The translations under genes and the position numbers were made by a program. The notes under the pieces are model-generated. The model was not told the origin of the DNA. It worked only from the letters and a program-made list of their open reading frames with translations, and did not search any database. Source: Eledone cirrhosa (lineage: Eukaryota). Taken from it: 64,000 nt of DNA. Where the stretch lies: positions 296,422,001 through 296,486,000 of the forward strand of contig OZ024740.1 of the NCBI GenBank assembly GCA_964016885.1, given 5' to 3'. Shown in pieces: positions 13,081 to 27,400 of this stretch. Within the stretch, counting starts at the first letter, position 1, and every line of letters begins with the position of its first letter.

Positions 13081-14639
13081 TTTTTTATTTGGGGGATCCA
13101 TTTTTTATTTGGGTGATCCAATTTTTTATTTGGGTGATCCATTTTTTATTTGGGTGATCCATTTTTTATTTGGGTGATCCATTTTTTATTTGGGGGACCC
13201 TATTTTTATTTGGGGGATCCATTTTACATTTGGGTAATCCATTTTTTATTTGGGTGATCCATTTTTTATTTCGTGGATCCATTTTTTATTTGGGGTATCC
13301 ATTTTTTATTTGGGTGATCCATTCTTTATTTGGGGGATCCATTTTTTATTTGGGTGATCCATTTTTTATTTGGGTGATCCATTTTTTATTTGGGTAATCC
13401 ATTTTTTATTTGTTGGATCCATTTTTTATTTGGGGGATCCATTTTTTATTTGGGGGTTCCATTTTTTATTTGGGGGATCCATTTTACATTTGGGTGATCC
13501 ATTTTTTATTTGGGTGATCCATTTTTTATTTGGGGGATCCATTTTTTATTTGGGTGATCCATTTTTTATTTGGGTGATCCAGTTTTTGTTTGGGTGATCC
13601 CTTTTTTATTTGGGGGATCCATTTTTTATTTGGGTGATCCATTTTTTATTTGTTGGATCCATTTTTTATTTGGGGGATCCATTTTTTATTTGGGGGTTCC
13701 ATTTTTTATTTGGGGGATCCATTTTACATTTGGGTGATCCATTTTTTATTTGGGTGATCCATTTTTTATTTGGGGGATCCATTTTTTATTTGGGGGATCC
13801 ATTTTTTATTTGTGTGATCCATTTTTTATTTGGCGGATCCATTTTTTATTTGGGGGATCCATTTTTTATTTGGGGATCCATTTTTTATTTAGGTGATCCA
13901 TTTTTTAGTTGGGTGATCCATTTTTATTTGGGGGATCCATTTTTTATTTGTGTGATCCATTTTTTATTTGGCGGATCCATTTTTATTTGGGGGATCCATT
14001 TTTTATTTGTGTGATCCATTTTTTATTTGGCAGATACATTTTTTATTTGGGGGAACCATTTTTTATTTGGGTGATCCATTTTTTATTTGGGGGATCCATT
14101 TTTTATTTGGGTGATACATTTTTATTTGGGGGATCCATTTTTTATTTGGGTGATCCATTTTTTATTTGGGTGATCCATTTTTTATTTGGGAGATCCATTT
14201 TTTATTTTGGTGACCCATTTTTTATTTTGGTGATCCATTTTTTATTTGTTGGATCCATTTTTTATTTGGGGGATCTATTTTTATTTGGGGGACCCTATTT
14301 TTATTTGGGGGATCCATTTTACATTTGGGTGATCCATTTTACATTTGGGTGATCCATTTTTTATTTGGGTGATCCATTTTTTATTTGGTGGATCCATTTT
14401 TTATTTGGGGTATCCATTTTTTATTTGGGTGATCCATTTTTTATTTGGGGGATCCATTTTTTATTTGGGTGATCCATTTTACATTTGGGTGATCCATTTT
14501 TTATTTGGGTGATCCATTTTTTATTTGGGGGATCCATTTTTTATTTGGGTGATCCATTTTTTATTTGGGTGATCCAGTTTTTGTTTGGGTGATCCATTTT
14601 TTATTTGGGGGATCCATTTTTTATTTGGGTGATCCATTT

Positions 14640-17600
14640 TTTATTTGTTGGATCCATTTTTTATTTGGGGGATCCATTTTTTATTTGGGGGATCAATTTT
14701 TTATTTGGGGGATCCATTTTTTATTTGGGGGATCCATTTTTTATTTGGGGGATCCATTTTTTATTTGGGTGATCCATTTTTTATTTGGGGGATCCATTTT
14801 TTATTTAGCTGATCCATTTTTTAGTTGGGTGATCCATTTTTATTTGGGGGATCCATTTTTTATTTGTGTGATCCATTTTTTATTTGGCGGATCCATTTTT
14901 ATTTGGGGGATCCATTTTTTATTTGTGTGATCCATTTTTTATTTGGCAGATCCATTTTTTATTTGGGGGATCCATTTTTTATTTGGGTGATCCATTTTTT
15001 ATTTGGGGGATCCATTTTTTATTTGGGTGATCCATTTTTTATTTGGGGGATCCATTTTTTATTTGGGTGATCCATTTTTTATTTGGGTGATCCATATTTT
15101 ATTTGGGTGATCCATTTTTTATTTGGGGGATCCATTTTTTATTTGGGTGATCCAATTTTTTATTTGGGTGATCCATTTTTTATTTGGGTGATCCATTTTT
15201 TATTTGGGTGATCCATTTTTTATTTGGGGGATCCATTTTTTATTTGGGTGATCCATTTCTGATTTGGGTGATCCATTTTTTATTTGGGGGATCCATTTTT
15301 TATTTGGGTGATCCATTTTTTATTTGGGGGATCCATTTTTTATTTGGGAGATCCATTTTTGATTTGGGTGATCCATTTTTTATTTGGGTGATTCATTTTT
15401 TATTTGTTGGATCCATTTTTTATTTGCGGGATCCATTTTTATTTGGGGGACCCTATTTTTATTTGGGGGATCCATTTTACATTTGGGTAATCCATTTTTT
15501 ATTTGGGTGATCCATTTTTTATTTGGTGGATCCATTTTTTATTTGGGGTATCCATTTTTTATTTGGGTGATCCATTCTTTATTTGGGGGATCCATTTTTT
15601 ATTTGGGTGATCCATTTTTTATTTGGGTGATCCATTTTTTATTTGGGTGATCCATTTTTTATTTGTTGGATCCATTTTTTATTTGGGGGATCCATTTTTT
15701 ATTTGGGGGTTCCATTTTTTATTTGGGGGATCCATTTTACATTTGGGTGATCCATTTTTTATTTGGGTGATCCATTTTTTATTTGGGGGATCCATTTTTT
15801 ATTTGTGTGATCCATTTTTTATTTGGGTGATCCAGTTTTTGTTTGGGTGATCCATTTTTTATTTGGGGTATCCATTTTTTATTTGGGTGATCCATTTTTT
15901 ATTTGTTGGATCCATTTTTTATTTGGGGGATCCATTTTTTATTTGGGGGTTCCATTTTTCATTTGGGGGATCCATTTTACACTTGGGTGATCCATTTTTT
16001 ATTTGGGTGATCCATTTTTTATTTGGGGGATCCATTTTTTATTTGGGGGATCCATTTTTTATTTGGGGGTTCCATTTTTTATTTGGGTGATCCATTTTTT
16101 ATTTGGGGGATCCATTTTTTATTTAGGTGATCCATTTTTTAGTTGGGTGATCCATTTTTATTTGGGGGATCCATTTTTTATTTGTGTGATCCATTTTTTA
16201 TTTGGCGGATCCATTTTTTATTTGGAGGATCCATTTTTTATTTGGGGATCCATTTTTTATTTAGGTGATCCATTTTTTAGTTGGGTGATCCATTTTTATT
16301 TGGTGGATCCATTTTTTATTTGTGTGATCCATTTTTTATTTGGCGGATCCATTTTTATTTGGGGGATCCATTTTTTATTTGTGTGATCCATTTTTTATTT
16401 GGCAGATCCATTTTTTATTTGGGGGAACCATTTTTTATTTGGGTGATCCATTTTTTATTTGGCGGATCCATTTTTTATTTGGGTGATCCATTTTTTATTT
16501 GGGGGATCCATTTTTTATTTGGGTGATCCATTTTTTATTTGGGTGATCCATTTTTGATTTGGGTGATCCATTTTTTATTTGGGGGATCCATTTTTTATTT
16601 GGGTGATCCATTTTTTATTTGGGTGATCCATTTTTTATTTGGGAGATCCATTTTTTATTTTGGTGGCCCATTTTTTATTTTGGTGATCCATTTTTTATTT
16701 GTTGGATCCATTTTTTATTTGGGGGATCTATTTTTATTTGGGGGACCCTATTTTTATTTGGGGGATCCATTTTACATTTGGGTGATCCATTTTTTATTTG
16801 GGTGATCCATTTTTTATTTGGTGGATCCATTTTTTATTTGGGGTATCCATTTTTTATTTGGGTGATCCATTTTTTATTTGGGGGATCCATTTTTTATTTG
16901 GGCGATCCATTTTTTATTTGGGTGATCCATTTTTTATTTGGGTGATCCATTTTTTATTTGTTGGATCCATTTTTTATTTGGGGGATCCATTTTTTATTTG
17001 GGGGTTCCATTTTTTATTTGGGGGATCCATTTTACATTTGGGTGATCCATTTTTTATTTGGGTGATCCATTTTTTATTTGGGGGATCCATTTTTTATTTG
17101 GGTGATCCATTTTTTATTTGGGTGATCCAGTTTTTGTTTGGGTGATCCATTTTTTATTTGGGGGATCCATTTTTTATTTGGGTGATCCATTTTTTATTTG
17201 TTGGATCCATTTTTTATTTGGGGGATCCATTTTTTATTTGGGGGATCCATTTTTTATTTGGGTGATCCATTTTTTATTTGGGGGATCCATTTTTTATTTA
17301 GGTGATCCATTTTTTAGTTGGGTGATCCATTTTTGGGGGGGGATCTATTTTTTATTTGTGTGATCCATTTTTTATTTGGCGGATCCATTTTTATTTGGGG
17401 GATCCATTTTTTATTTGTGTGATCCATTTTTTATTTGGCAGATCCATTTTTTATTTGGGGGATCCATTTTTTATTTGGGTGATCCATTTTTTATTTGGGG
17501 GATCCTTTTTTTATTTGGGTGATCCATTTTTTATTTGGGTGATCCAGTTTTTGTTTGGATGATCCATTTTTTATTTGGGGGATCCATTTTTTATTTGGGT

Positions 17601-20600
17601 GATCCATTTTATATTTATTGGATCCATTTTTTATTTGGGGGATCCATTTTTTATTTGGGGGTTCCATTTTTTATTTGGGGGATCCATTTTACATTTGGGT
17701 GATCCATTTTTTATTTGGGTGATCCATTTTTTATTGGGGGGATCCATTTTTTATTTAGGGGATCCATTTTCTATTTGGGGGTTTCATTTTTTATTTGGGT
17801 GATCCATTTTTTATTTGGGGGATCCATTTTTTATTTAGGTGATCCATTTTTTAGTTGGGTGATCCATTTTTATTTGGGGGATCCATTTTTTATTTGTGTG
17901 ATCCATTTTTTATTTGGGTGATCCAGTTTTTTTTTGGGTGATCCATTTTTTATTTGGGGGATCCATTTTTTATTTGTTGGATCCATTTTTTATTTGGGGG
18001 ATCCATTTTTTATTTGGGGGATCCATTTTTTATTTGGGGGATCCATTTTTTATTTGGGGGATCCATTTTTTATTTGGGTGATCCATTTTTTATTTGGGGG
18101 ATCCATTTTTTGTTTAGCTGATCCATTTTTTAGTTGGGTGATCCATTTTTATTTGGGGGATCCATTTTTTATTTGTGTGATCCATTTTTTATTTGGCGGA
18201 TCCATTTTTATTTGGGGGATCCATTTTTTATTTGTGTGATCCATTTTTTATTTGGCAGATCCATTTTTTATTTGGGGGATCCATTTTTTATTTGGGTGAT
18301 CCATTTTTTATTTGGGGGATCCATTTTTTATTTGGGTGATCCATTTTTTATTTGGGGGATCCATTTTTTATTTGGGTGATCCATTTTTTATTTGGGTGAT
18401 CCATATTTTATTTGGGTGATCCATTTTTTATTTGGGGGATCCATTTTTTATTTGGGTAATCCAATTTTTTATTTGGGTGATCCATTTTTTATTTGGGTGA
18501 TCCATTTTTTATTTGAGTGATCCATTTTTTAATTGGGGGATCCATTTTTTATTTGGGTGATCCATTTCTGATTTGGGTGATCCATTTTTTATTTGGGGGA
18601 TCCATTTTTTATTTGGGTGATCCATTTTTTATTTGGGGGATCCATTTTTTATTTGGGAGATCCATTTTTGATTTGGGTGATCCATTTTTTATTTGGGTGA
18701 TTCATTTTTTATTTGTTGGATCCATTTTTTATTTGCGGGATCCATTTTTATTTGGGGGACCCTATTTTTATTTGGGGGATCCATTTTACATTTGGGTAAT
18801 CCATTTTTTATTTGGGTGATCCATTTTTTATTTGGTGGATCCATTTTTTATTTGGGGTATCCATTTTTTATTTGGGTGATCCATTCTTTATTTGGGGGAT
18901 CCATTTTTTATTTGGGTGATCCATTTTTTATTTGGGTGATCCATTTTTTATTTGGGTGATCCATTTTTTATTTGTTGGATCCATTTTTTATTTGGGGGAT
19001 CCATTTTTTATTTGGGGGTTCCATTTTTTATTTGGGGGATCCATTTTACATTTGGGTGATCCATTTTTTATTTGGGTGATCCATTTTTTATTTGGGGGAT
19101 CCATTTTTTATTTGGGTGATCCATTTTTTATTTGGGTGATCCAGTTTTTGTTTGGGTGATCCATTTTTTATTTGGGGTATCCATTTTTTATTTGGGTGAT
19201 CCATTTTTTATTTGTTGGATCCATTTTTTATTTGGGGGATCCATTTTTTATTTGGGGGTTCCATTTTTTATTTGGGGGATCCATTTTACACTTGGGTGAT
19301 CCATTTTTTATTTGGGTGATCCATTTTTTATTTGGGGGATCCATTTTTTATTTGGGGGATCCATTTTTTATTTGGGGGTTCCATTTTTTATTTGGGTGAT
19401 CCATTTTTTATTTGGGGGATCCATTTTTTATTTAGGTGATCCATTTTTTAGTTGGGTGATCCATTTTTATTTGGGGGATCCATTTTTTATTTGTGTGATC
19501 CATTTTTTATTTGGCGGATCCATTTTTTATTTGGAGGATCCATTTTTTATTTGGGGATCCATTTTTTATTTAGGTGATCCATTTTTTAGTTGGGTGATCC
19601 ATTTTTATTTGGTGGATCCATTTTTTATTTGTGTGATCCATTTTTTATTTGGCGGATCCATTTTTATTTGGGGGATCCATTTTTTATTTGTGTGATCCAT
19701 TTTTTATTTGGCAGATCCATTTTTTATTTGGGGGAACCATTTTTTATTTGGGTGATCCATTTTTTATTTGGCGGATCCATTTTTTATTTGGGTGATCCAT
19801 TTTTTATTTGGGGGATCCATTTTTTATTTGGGTGATCCATTTTTTATTTGGGTGATCCATTTTTGATTTGGGTGATCCATTTTTTATTTGGGGGATCCAT
19901 TTTTTATTTGGGGGATCTATTTTTATTTGGGGGACCCTATTTTTATTTGGGGGATCCATTTTACATTTGGGTGATCCATTTTTTATTTGGGTGATCCATT
20001 TTTTATTTGGTGGATCCATTTTTTATTTGGGGTATCCATTTTTTATTTGGGTGATCCATTTTTTATTTGGGGGATCCATTTTTTATTTGGGTGATCCATT
20101 TTTTATTTGGGTGATCCATTTTTTATTTGGGTGATCCATTTTTTATTTGTTGGATCCATTTTTTATTTGGGGGATCCATTTTTTATTTGGGGGTTCCATT
20201 TTTTATTTGGGGGATCCATTTTACATTTGGGTGATCCATTTTTTATTTGGGTGATCCATTTTTTATTTGGGGGATCCATTTTTTATTTGGGTGATCCATT
20301 TTTTATTTGGGTGATCCAGTTTTTGTTTGGGTGATCCATTTTTTATTTGGGGGATCCATTTTTTATTTGGGTGATCCATTTTTTATTTGTTGGATCCATT
20401 TTTTATTTGGGGGATCCATTTTTTATTTGGGGGATCCATTTTTTATTTGGGTGATCCATTTTTTATTTGGGGGATCCATTTTTTATTTAGGTGATCCATT
20501 TTTTAGTTGGGTGATCCATTTTTTGGGGGGGGGATCCATTTTTTATTTGTGTGATCCATTTTTTATTTGGCGGATCCATTTTTATTTGGGGGATCCATTT

Positions 20601-21100
20601 TTTATTTGTGTGATCCATTTTTTATTTGGCAGATCCATTTTTTATTTGGGGGATCCATTTTTTATTTGGGTGATCCATTTTTTATTTGGGGGATCCATTT
20701 TTTATTTGGGTGATCCATTTTTTATTTGGGTGATCCAGTTTTTGTTTGGATGATCCATTTTTTATTTGGGGGATCCATTTTTTATTTGGGTGATCCATTT
20801 TTTATTTGTTGGAGCCATTTTTTATTTGGGGGAACCATTTTTTATTTGGGGGTTCCATTTTTATTTGGGGGATCCATTTTACATTTGGGTGATCCATTTT
20901 TTATTTGGGTGATCCATTTTTTATTTGGGGGATCCATTTTTTATTTAGGGGATCCATTTTTTATTTGGGGGTTCCATTTTTTATTTGGGTGATCCATTTT
21001 TTATTTGGGGGATCCATTTTTTATTTAGGTGATCCATTTTTTAGTTGGGTGATCCATTTTTATTTGGGGGATCCATTTTTTATTTGTGTGATCCATTTTT
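14640..21100 (+). repeat. Tandem duplication, about 3.2-3.3 kb unit x2 (offset 3309, then 3189 after a 120-bp deletion)
   Basis: ORF pairs 14825/18134, 15384/18693, 15863/19172, 16281/19590 and 17118/20307; shared TTTCTG, TTTGCGG and TACACTT units. Confidence 0.88.
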
Positions 21101-21499
21101 TATTTGGCGGATCCATTTTTTATTTGGGGGATCCATTTTTTATTTGGGGATCCATTTTTTATTTAGGTGATCCATTTTTTAGTTGGGTGATCCATTTTTA
21201 TTTGGGGGATCCATTTTTTATTTGTGTGATCCATTTTTTATTTGGCGTATCCATTTTTATTTGGGGGATCCATTTCTTATTTGTGTGATCCATTTTTTAT
21301 TTGGCAGATCCATTTTTTATTTGGGGGATCCATTTTTTATTTGGGTGATCCATTTTTTATTTGGGGGATCCATTTTTTATTTGGGTGATACATTTTTTAT
21401 TTGGGGGATCCATTTTTTATTTGGGTGATCCATTTTTTATTTGGGTGATCCATATTTTATTTGGGTGATCCATTTTTTATTTGGGGGATCCATTTTTTA

Positions 21500-24400
21500 T
21501 TAGGGTGATCCAATTTTTTATTTGGGTGATCCATTTTTCATTTGGGTGATCCATTTTTTATTTGGGTGATCCATTTTTTATTTGGGGGATCCATTTTTTA
21601 TTTGGGTGATCCATTTTTGATTTGGGTGATCCATTTTTTATTTGGGGGATCCATTTTTTATTTGGGTGATCCATTTTTTATTTGGGGGATCCATTTTTTA
21701 TTTGGGAGATCCATTTTTGATTTGGGTGATCCATTTTTTATTTGGGTGATTCATTTTTTATTTGTTGGATCCATTTTTTATTTGGGGGATCCATTTTTAT
21801 TTGGGGGACCCTATTTTTATTTGGGGGATCCATTTTACATTTGAGTGATCCATTTTTTATTTGGGTGATCCATTTTTTATTTGGTGGATCCATTTTTTAT
21901 TTGGGGTATCCATTTTTTATTTGGGTGATCCATTTTTTATTTGGGGGATCCATTTTTTATTTGGGTTATCCATTTTTTATTTGGGTGATCCATTTTTTAT
22001 TTGGGTGATCCATTTTTTATTTGTTGGATCCATTTTTTATTTGGGGGATCCATTTTTTATTTGGGGGTTCCATTTTTTATTTGGGGGATCCATTTTACAT
22101 TTCGGTGATCCATTTTTTATTTGGGTGATCCATTTTTTATTTGGGGGATCCATTTTTTATTTGGGTGATCCATTTTTTATTTGGGTGATCCAGTTTTTGT
22201 TTGGGTGATCCATTTTTTATTTGGGGGATCCATTTTTCATTTGGGTGATCCATTTTTTATTTGTTGGATCCATTTTTTATTTGGGGGATCCATTTTTTAT
22301 TTGGGGGTTCCATTTTTTATTTGGGGGATCCATTTTACATTTGGGTGATCCATTTTTTATTTGGGTGACCCATTTTTTATTCGGGGGATCCATTTTTTAT
22401 TTGGGGGATCCATTTTTTATTTGGGGGTTCCATTTTTTATTTGGGTGATCCATTTTTTATTTGGGGGATCCATTTTTTATTTAGGTGATCCATTTTTTAG
22501 TTGGGTGATCCATTATTATTTGGGGGATCCATTTTTTATTTGTGTGATCCATTTTTTATTTGGCGGATCCATTTTTTATTTGGGCGATCCATTTTTTATT
22601 TGGGTGATCCATTTTTTATTTGGGGTATCCATTTTTTATTAGGGTGATACATTTTTTATTTGGGGGATCCATTTTTTATTTGGGTGATCCATTTTTTATT
22701 TGGGTGATCCATATTTTATTTGCGTGATCCATTTTTTATTTGGGTGATCCATTTTTTATTTGGGTGATCCATTTTTTATTTGGGGGATCCATTTTTTATT
22801 TGGGTGATCCATTTTTTATTTGGGTGATCCATTTTTTATTTGGGGGATCCATTTTTTATTTGGGTGATCCATTTTTTATTTGGGGGATCCAGTTTTTGTT
22901 TGGGTGATCCATTTTTTATTTGGGGGATCCATTTTTTATTTGGGTGATCCATATTTTATTTAGGGGATCCATTTTTTATTTGGGTGATCCATTTTTTATT
23001 TGGGTGATCCATTTTTTATTTGGGTGATCCATTTTTTATTTTGGGGATCTATTTTTTATTTGGGTGATCCATTTTTTATTTGGGGGATCCATTTTTTTTT
23101 TGGTGATCCATTTTTTATTTGGGGATCCATTTTTTATTTGGGGGATCCATTTTTTATTTGGGTGATCCATTTTTTATTTGGGGGATCCATTTTTTATTTG
23201 GGTGATCCATTTTTAATTTGGGGATCCATTTTTTATTTGGGTGATCCATTTTTTATTTGGGGGATCCATTTTTTATATGGGTGATCCATTTTTTATTTGG
23301 GGGATCCATTTTGTATTTGGGTGATCCATTTTTTATTTGGGGGATCCATTTTTTATTTGGGGGATCCATTTTTTATTTGGGTGATCCACATTTTATTTGG
23401 GTGATCCAATTTTTATTTGAGGGATCCATTTTTTATTTGGGTGATCCATTTTTTATTTGGGTGATCCATTTTTTATTTGGGTGATCCATTTTCTATTTGG
23501 GTGATCCATTTTTTATTTGGGGTTTCCATTTTTTATTTGGATGATCCATTTTTTATTTGGGGGATCCATTTTTTATTTGGGCGATCCAATTTTTATTTGG
23601 GTGATCCATTTTTTTATTGGGCGATCCATTTTTTATTTGGGTGATCCATTTTTTATTTGGGGGATCCATTATTTATTTGTGTGATCCATTTTATATTTGG
23701 GGGATCCATTTTTTATTTGGGTGATCCATTTTTTATTTTGGAGATCCATTTTTTATTTGGGGGATCCATTTTTTATTTGGGTGATCCATTTTTTATTTGG
23801 GTGATCCATTTTTTATTTGTTGGATCCATTTTTTATTTGGGGGATCCATTTTTTATTTGGGGGCTCCATTTTTTATTTGGGGGATCCATTTTACATTTGG
23901 GTGATCCATTTTTTATTTGGGTGATCCATTTTTTATTTGGCGGATCCATTTTTATTTGGGGGATCCATTTTTTATTTGTGTGATCCATTTTTTATTTGGC
24001 AGATCCATTTTTTATTTGGGGGATCCATTTTTTATTTGGGTGATCCATTTTTTATTTGGGGGATCCATTTTTTATTTGGGTGATCCATTTTTTATTTGGG
24101 TGATCCAGTTTTTGTTTGGATGATCCATTTTTTATTTGGGGGATCCATTTTTTATTTGGGTGATCCATTTTTTATTTGTTGGATCCATTTTTTATTTGGG
24201 GGATCCATTTTTTATTTGGGGGTTCCATTTTTTATTTGGGGGATCCATTTTACATTTGGGTGATCCATTTTTTATTTGGGTGATCCATTTTTTATTTGGG
24301 GGATCCATTTTTTATTTGGGTGATACATTTTTTATTTGGGGGATCCATTTTTTATTTGGGTGATCCATTTTTTATTTGGGTGATCCATATTTTATTTGGG

Positions 24401-27400
24401 TGATCCATTTTTTATTTGGGGGATCCATTTTTTATTAGGGTGATCCAATTTTTTATTTGGGTGATCCATTTTTTATTTGGGTGATCCATTTTTTATTTGG
24501 GTGATCCATTTTTTATTTGGGGGATCCATTTTTTATTTGGGTGATCCATTTTTGATTTGGGTGATCCATTTTTTATTTGGGGGATCCATTTTTTATTTGG
24601 GTGATCCATTTTTTATTTGGGGGATCCATTTTTTATTTGGGAGATCCATTTTTGATTTGGGTGATCCATTTTTTATTTGGGTGATTCATTTTTTATTTGT
24701 TGGATCCATTTTTTATTTGGGGGATCCATTTTTATTTGGGGGACCCTATTTTTATTTGGGGGATCCATTTTACATTTGGGTGATCCATTTTTTATTTGGG
24801 TGATCCATTTTTTATTTGGTGGATCCATTTTTTATTTGGGGTATCCATTTTTTATTTGGGTGATCCATTTTTTATTTGGGGGATCCATTTTTTATTTGGG
24901 TTATCCATTTTTTATTTGGGTGATCCATTTTTTATTTGGGTGATCCATTTTTTATTTGTTGGATCCATTTTTAATTTGGGGGATCCATTTTTTATTTGGG
25001 GGTTCCATTTTTTATTTGGGGGATCCATTTTACATTTGGGTGATCCATTTTTTATTTGGGTGATCCATTTTTTATTTGGGGGATCCATTTTTTATTTGGG
25101 TGATCCATTTTTTATTTGGGTGATCCAGTTTTTGTTTGGGTGATCCATTTTTTATTTGGGGGATCCATTTTTCATTTGGGTGACCCATTTTTTATTCGGG
25201 GGATCCATTTTTTATTTGGGGGATCCATTTTTTATTTGGGGGTTCCATTTTTTATTTGGGTGATCCATTTTTTATTTGGGGGATCCATTTTTTATTTAGG
25301 TGATCCATTTTTTAGTTGGGTGATCCATTTTTATTTGGGGGATCCATTTTTTATTTGTGTGATCCATTTTTTATTTGGCGGATCCATTTTTTATTTGGGG
25401 GATCCATTTTTTATTTGGGTGATCCATTTTTTATTTGGGGTATCCATTTTTTATTAGGGTGATACATTTTTTATTTGGGGGATCCATTTTTTATTTGGGT
25501 GATCCATTTTTTATTTGGGTGATCCATATTTTATTTGCGTGATCCATTTTTTATTTGGGTGATCCATTTTTTATTTGGGTGATCCATTTTTTATTTGGGG
25601 GATCCATTTTTTATTTGGGTGATCCATTTTTTATTTGGGTGATCCATTTTTTATTTGGGGGATCCATTTTTTTTTGGGGTGATCCATTTTTTATTTGGGG
25701 GATCCAGTTTTTGTTTGGGTGATCCATTTTTTATTTGGGGGATCCATTTTTTATTTGGGTGATCCATATTTTATTTAGGGGATCCATTTTTTATTTGGGT
25801 GATCCATTTTTTATTTGGGTGATCCATTTTTTATTTGGGTGATCCATTTTTTATTTTGGGGATCTATTTTTTATTTGGGTGATCCATTTTTTATTTGGGG
25901 GATCCATTTTTTTTTTGGTGATCCATTTTTTATTTGGGGATCCATTTTTTATTTGGGGGATCCATTTTTTATTTGGGTGATCCATTTTTTATTTGGGGGA
26001 TCCATTTTTTATTTGGGTGATCCATTTTTAATTTGGGGATCCATTTTTTATTTGGGTGATCCATTTTTTATTTGGGGGATCCATTTTTTATTAGGGTGAT
26101 CCAATTTTTTATTTGGGTGATCCATTTTTCATTTGGGTGATCCATTTTTTATTTGGGTGATCCATTTTTTATTTGGGGGATCCATTTTTTATTTGGGTGA
26201 TCCATTTTTGATTTGGGTGATCCATTTTTTATTTGGGGGATCCATTTTTTATTTGGGTGATCCATTTTTTATTTGGGGGATCCATTTTTTATTTGGGAGA
26301 TCCATTTTTGATTTGGGTGATCCATTTTTTATTTGGGTGATTCATTTTTTATTTGTTGGATCCATTTTTTATTTGGGGGATCCATTTTTATTTGGGGGAC
26401 CCTATTTTTATTTGGGGGATCCATTTTACATTTGAGTGATCCATTTTTTATTTGGGTGATCCATTTTTTATTTGGTGGATCCATTTTTTATTTGGGGTAT
26501 CCATTTTTTATTTGGGTGATCCATTTTTTATTTGGGGGATCCATTTTTTATTTGGGTTATCCATTTTTTATTTGGGTGATCCATTTTTTATTTGGGTGAT
26601 CCATTTTTTATTTGTTGGATCCATTTTTTATTTGGGGGATCCATTTTTTATTTGGGGGTTCCATTTTTTATTTGGGGGATCCATTTTACATTTGGGTGAT
26701 CCATTTTTTATTTGGGTGATCCATTTTTTATTTGGGGGATCCATTTTTTATTTGGGTGATCCATTTTTTATTTGGGTGATCCAGTTTTTGTTTGGGTGAT
26801 CCATTTTTTATTTGGGGGATCCATTTTTCATTTGGGTGATCCATTTTTTATTTGTTGGATCCATTTTTTATTTGGGGGATCCATTTTTTATTTGGGGGTT
26901 CCATTTTTTATTTGGGGGATCCATTTTACATTTGGGTGATCCATTTTTTATTTGGGTGACCCATTTTTTATTCGGGGGATCCATTTTTTATTTGGGGGAT
27001 CCATTTTTTATTTGGGGGTTCCATTTTTTATTTGGGTGATCCATTTTTTATTTGGGGGATCCATTTTTTATTTAGGTGATCCATTTTTTAGTTGGGTGAT
27101 CCATTATTATTTGGGGGATCCATTTTTTATTTGTGTGATCCATTTTTTATTTGGCGGATCCATTTTTTATTTGGGCGATCCATTTTTTATTTGGGTGATC
27201 CATTTTTTATTTGGGGTATCCATTTTTTATTAGGGTGATACATTTTTTATTTGGGGGATCCATTTTTTATTTGGGTGATCCATTTTTTATTTGGGTGATC
27301 CATATTTTATTTGCGTGATCCATTTTTTATTTGGGTGATCCATTTTTTATTTGGGTGATCCATTTTTTATTTGGGGGATCCATTTTTTATTTGGGTGATC

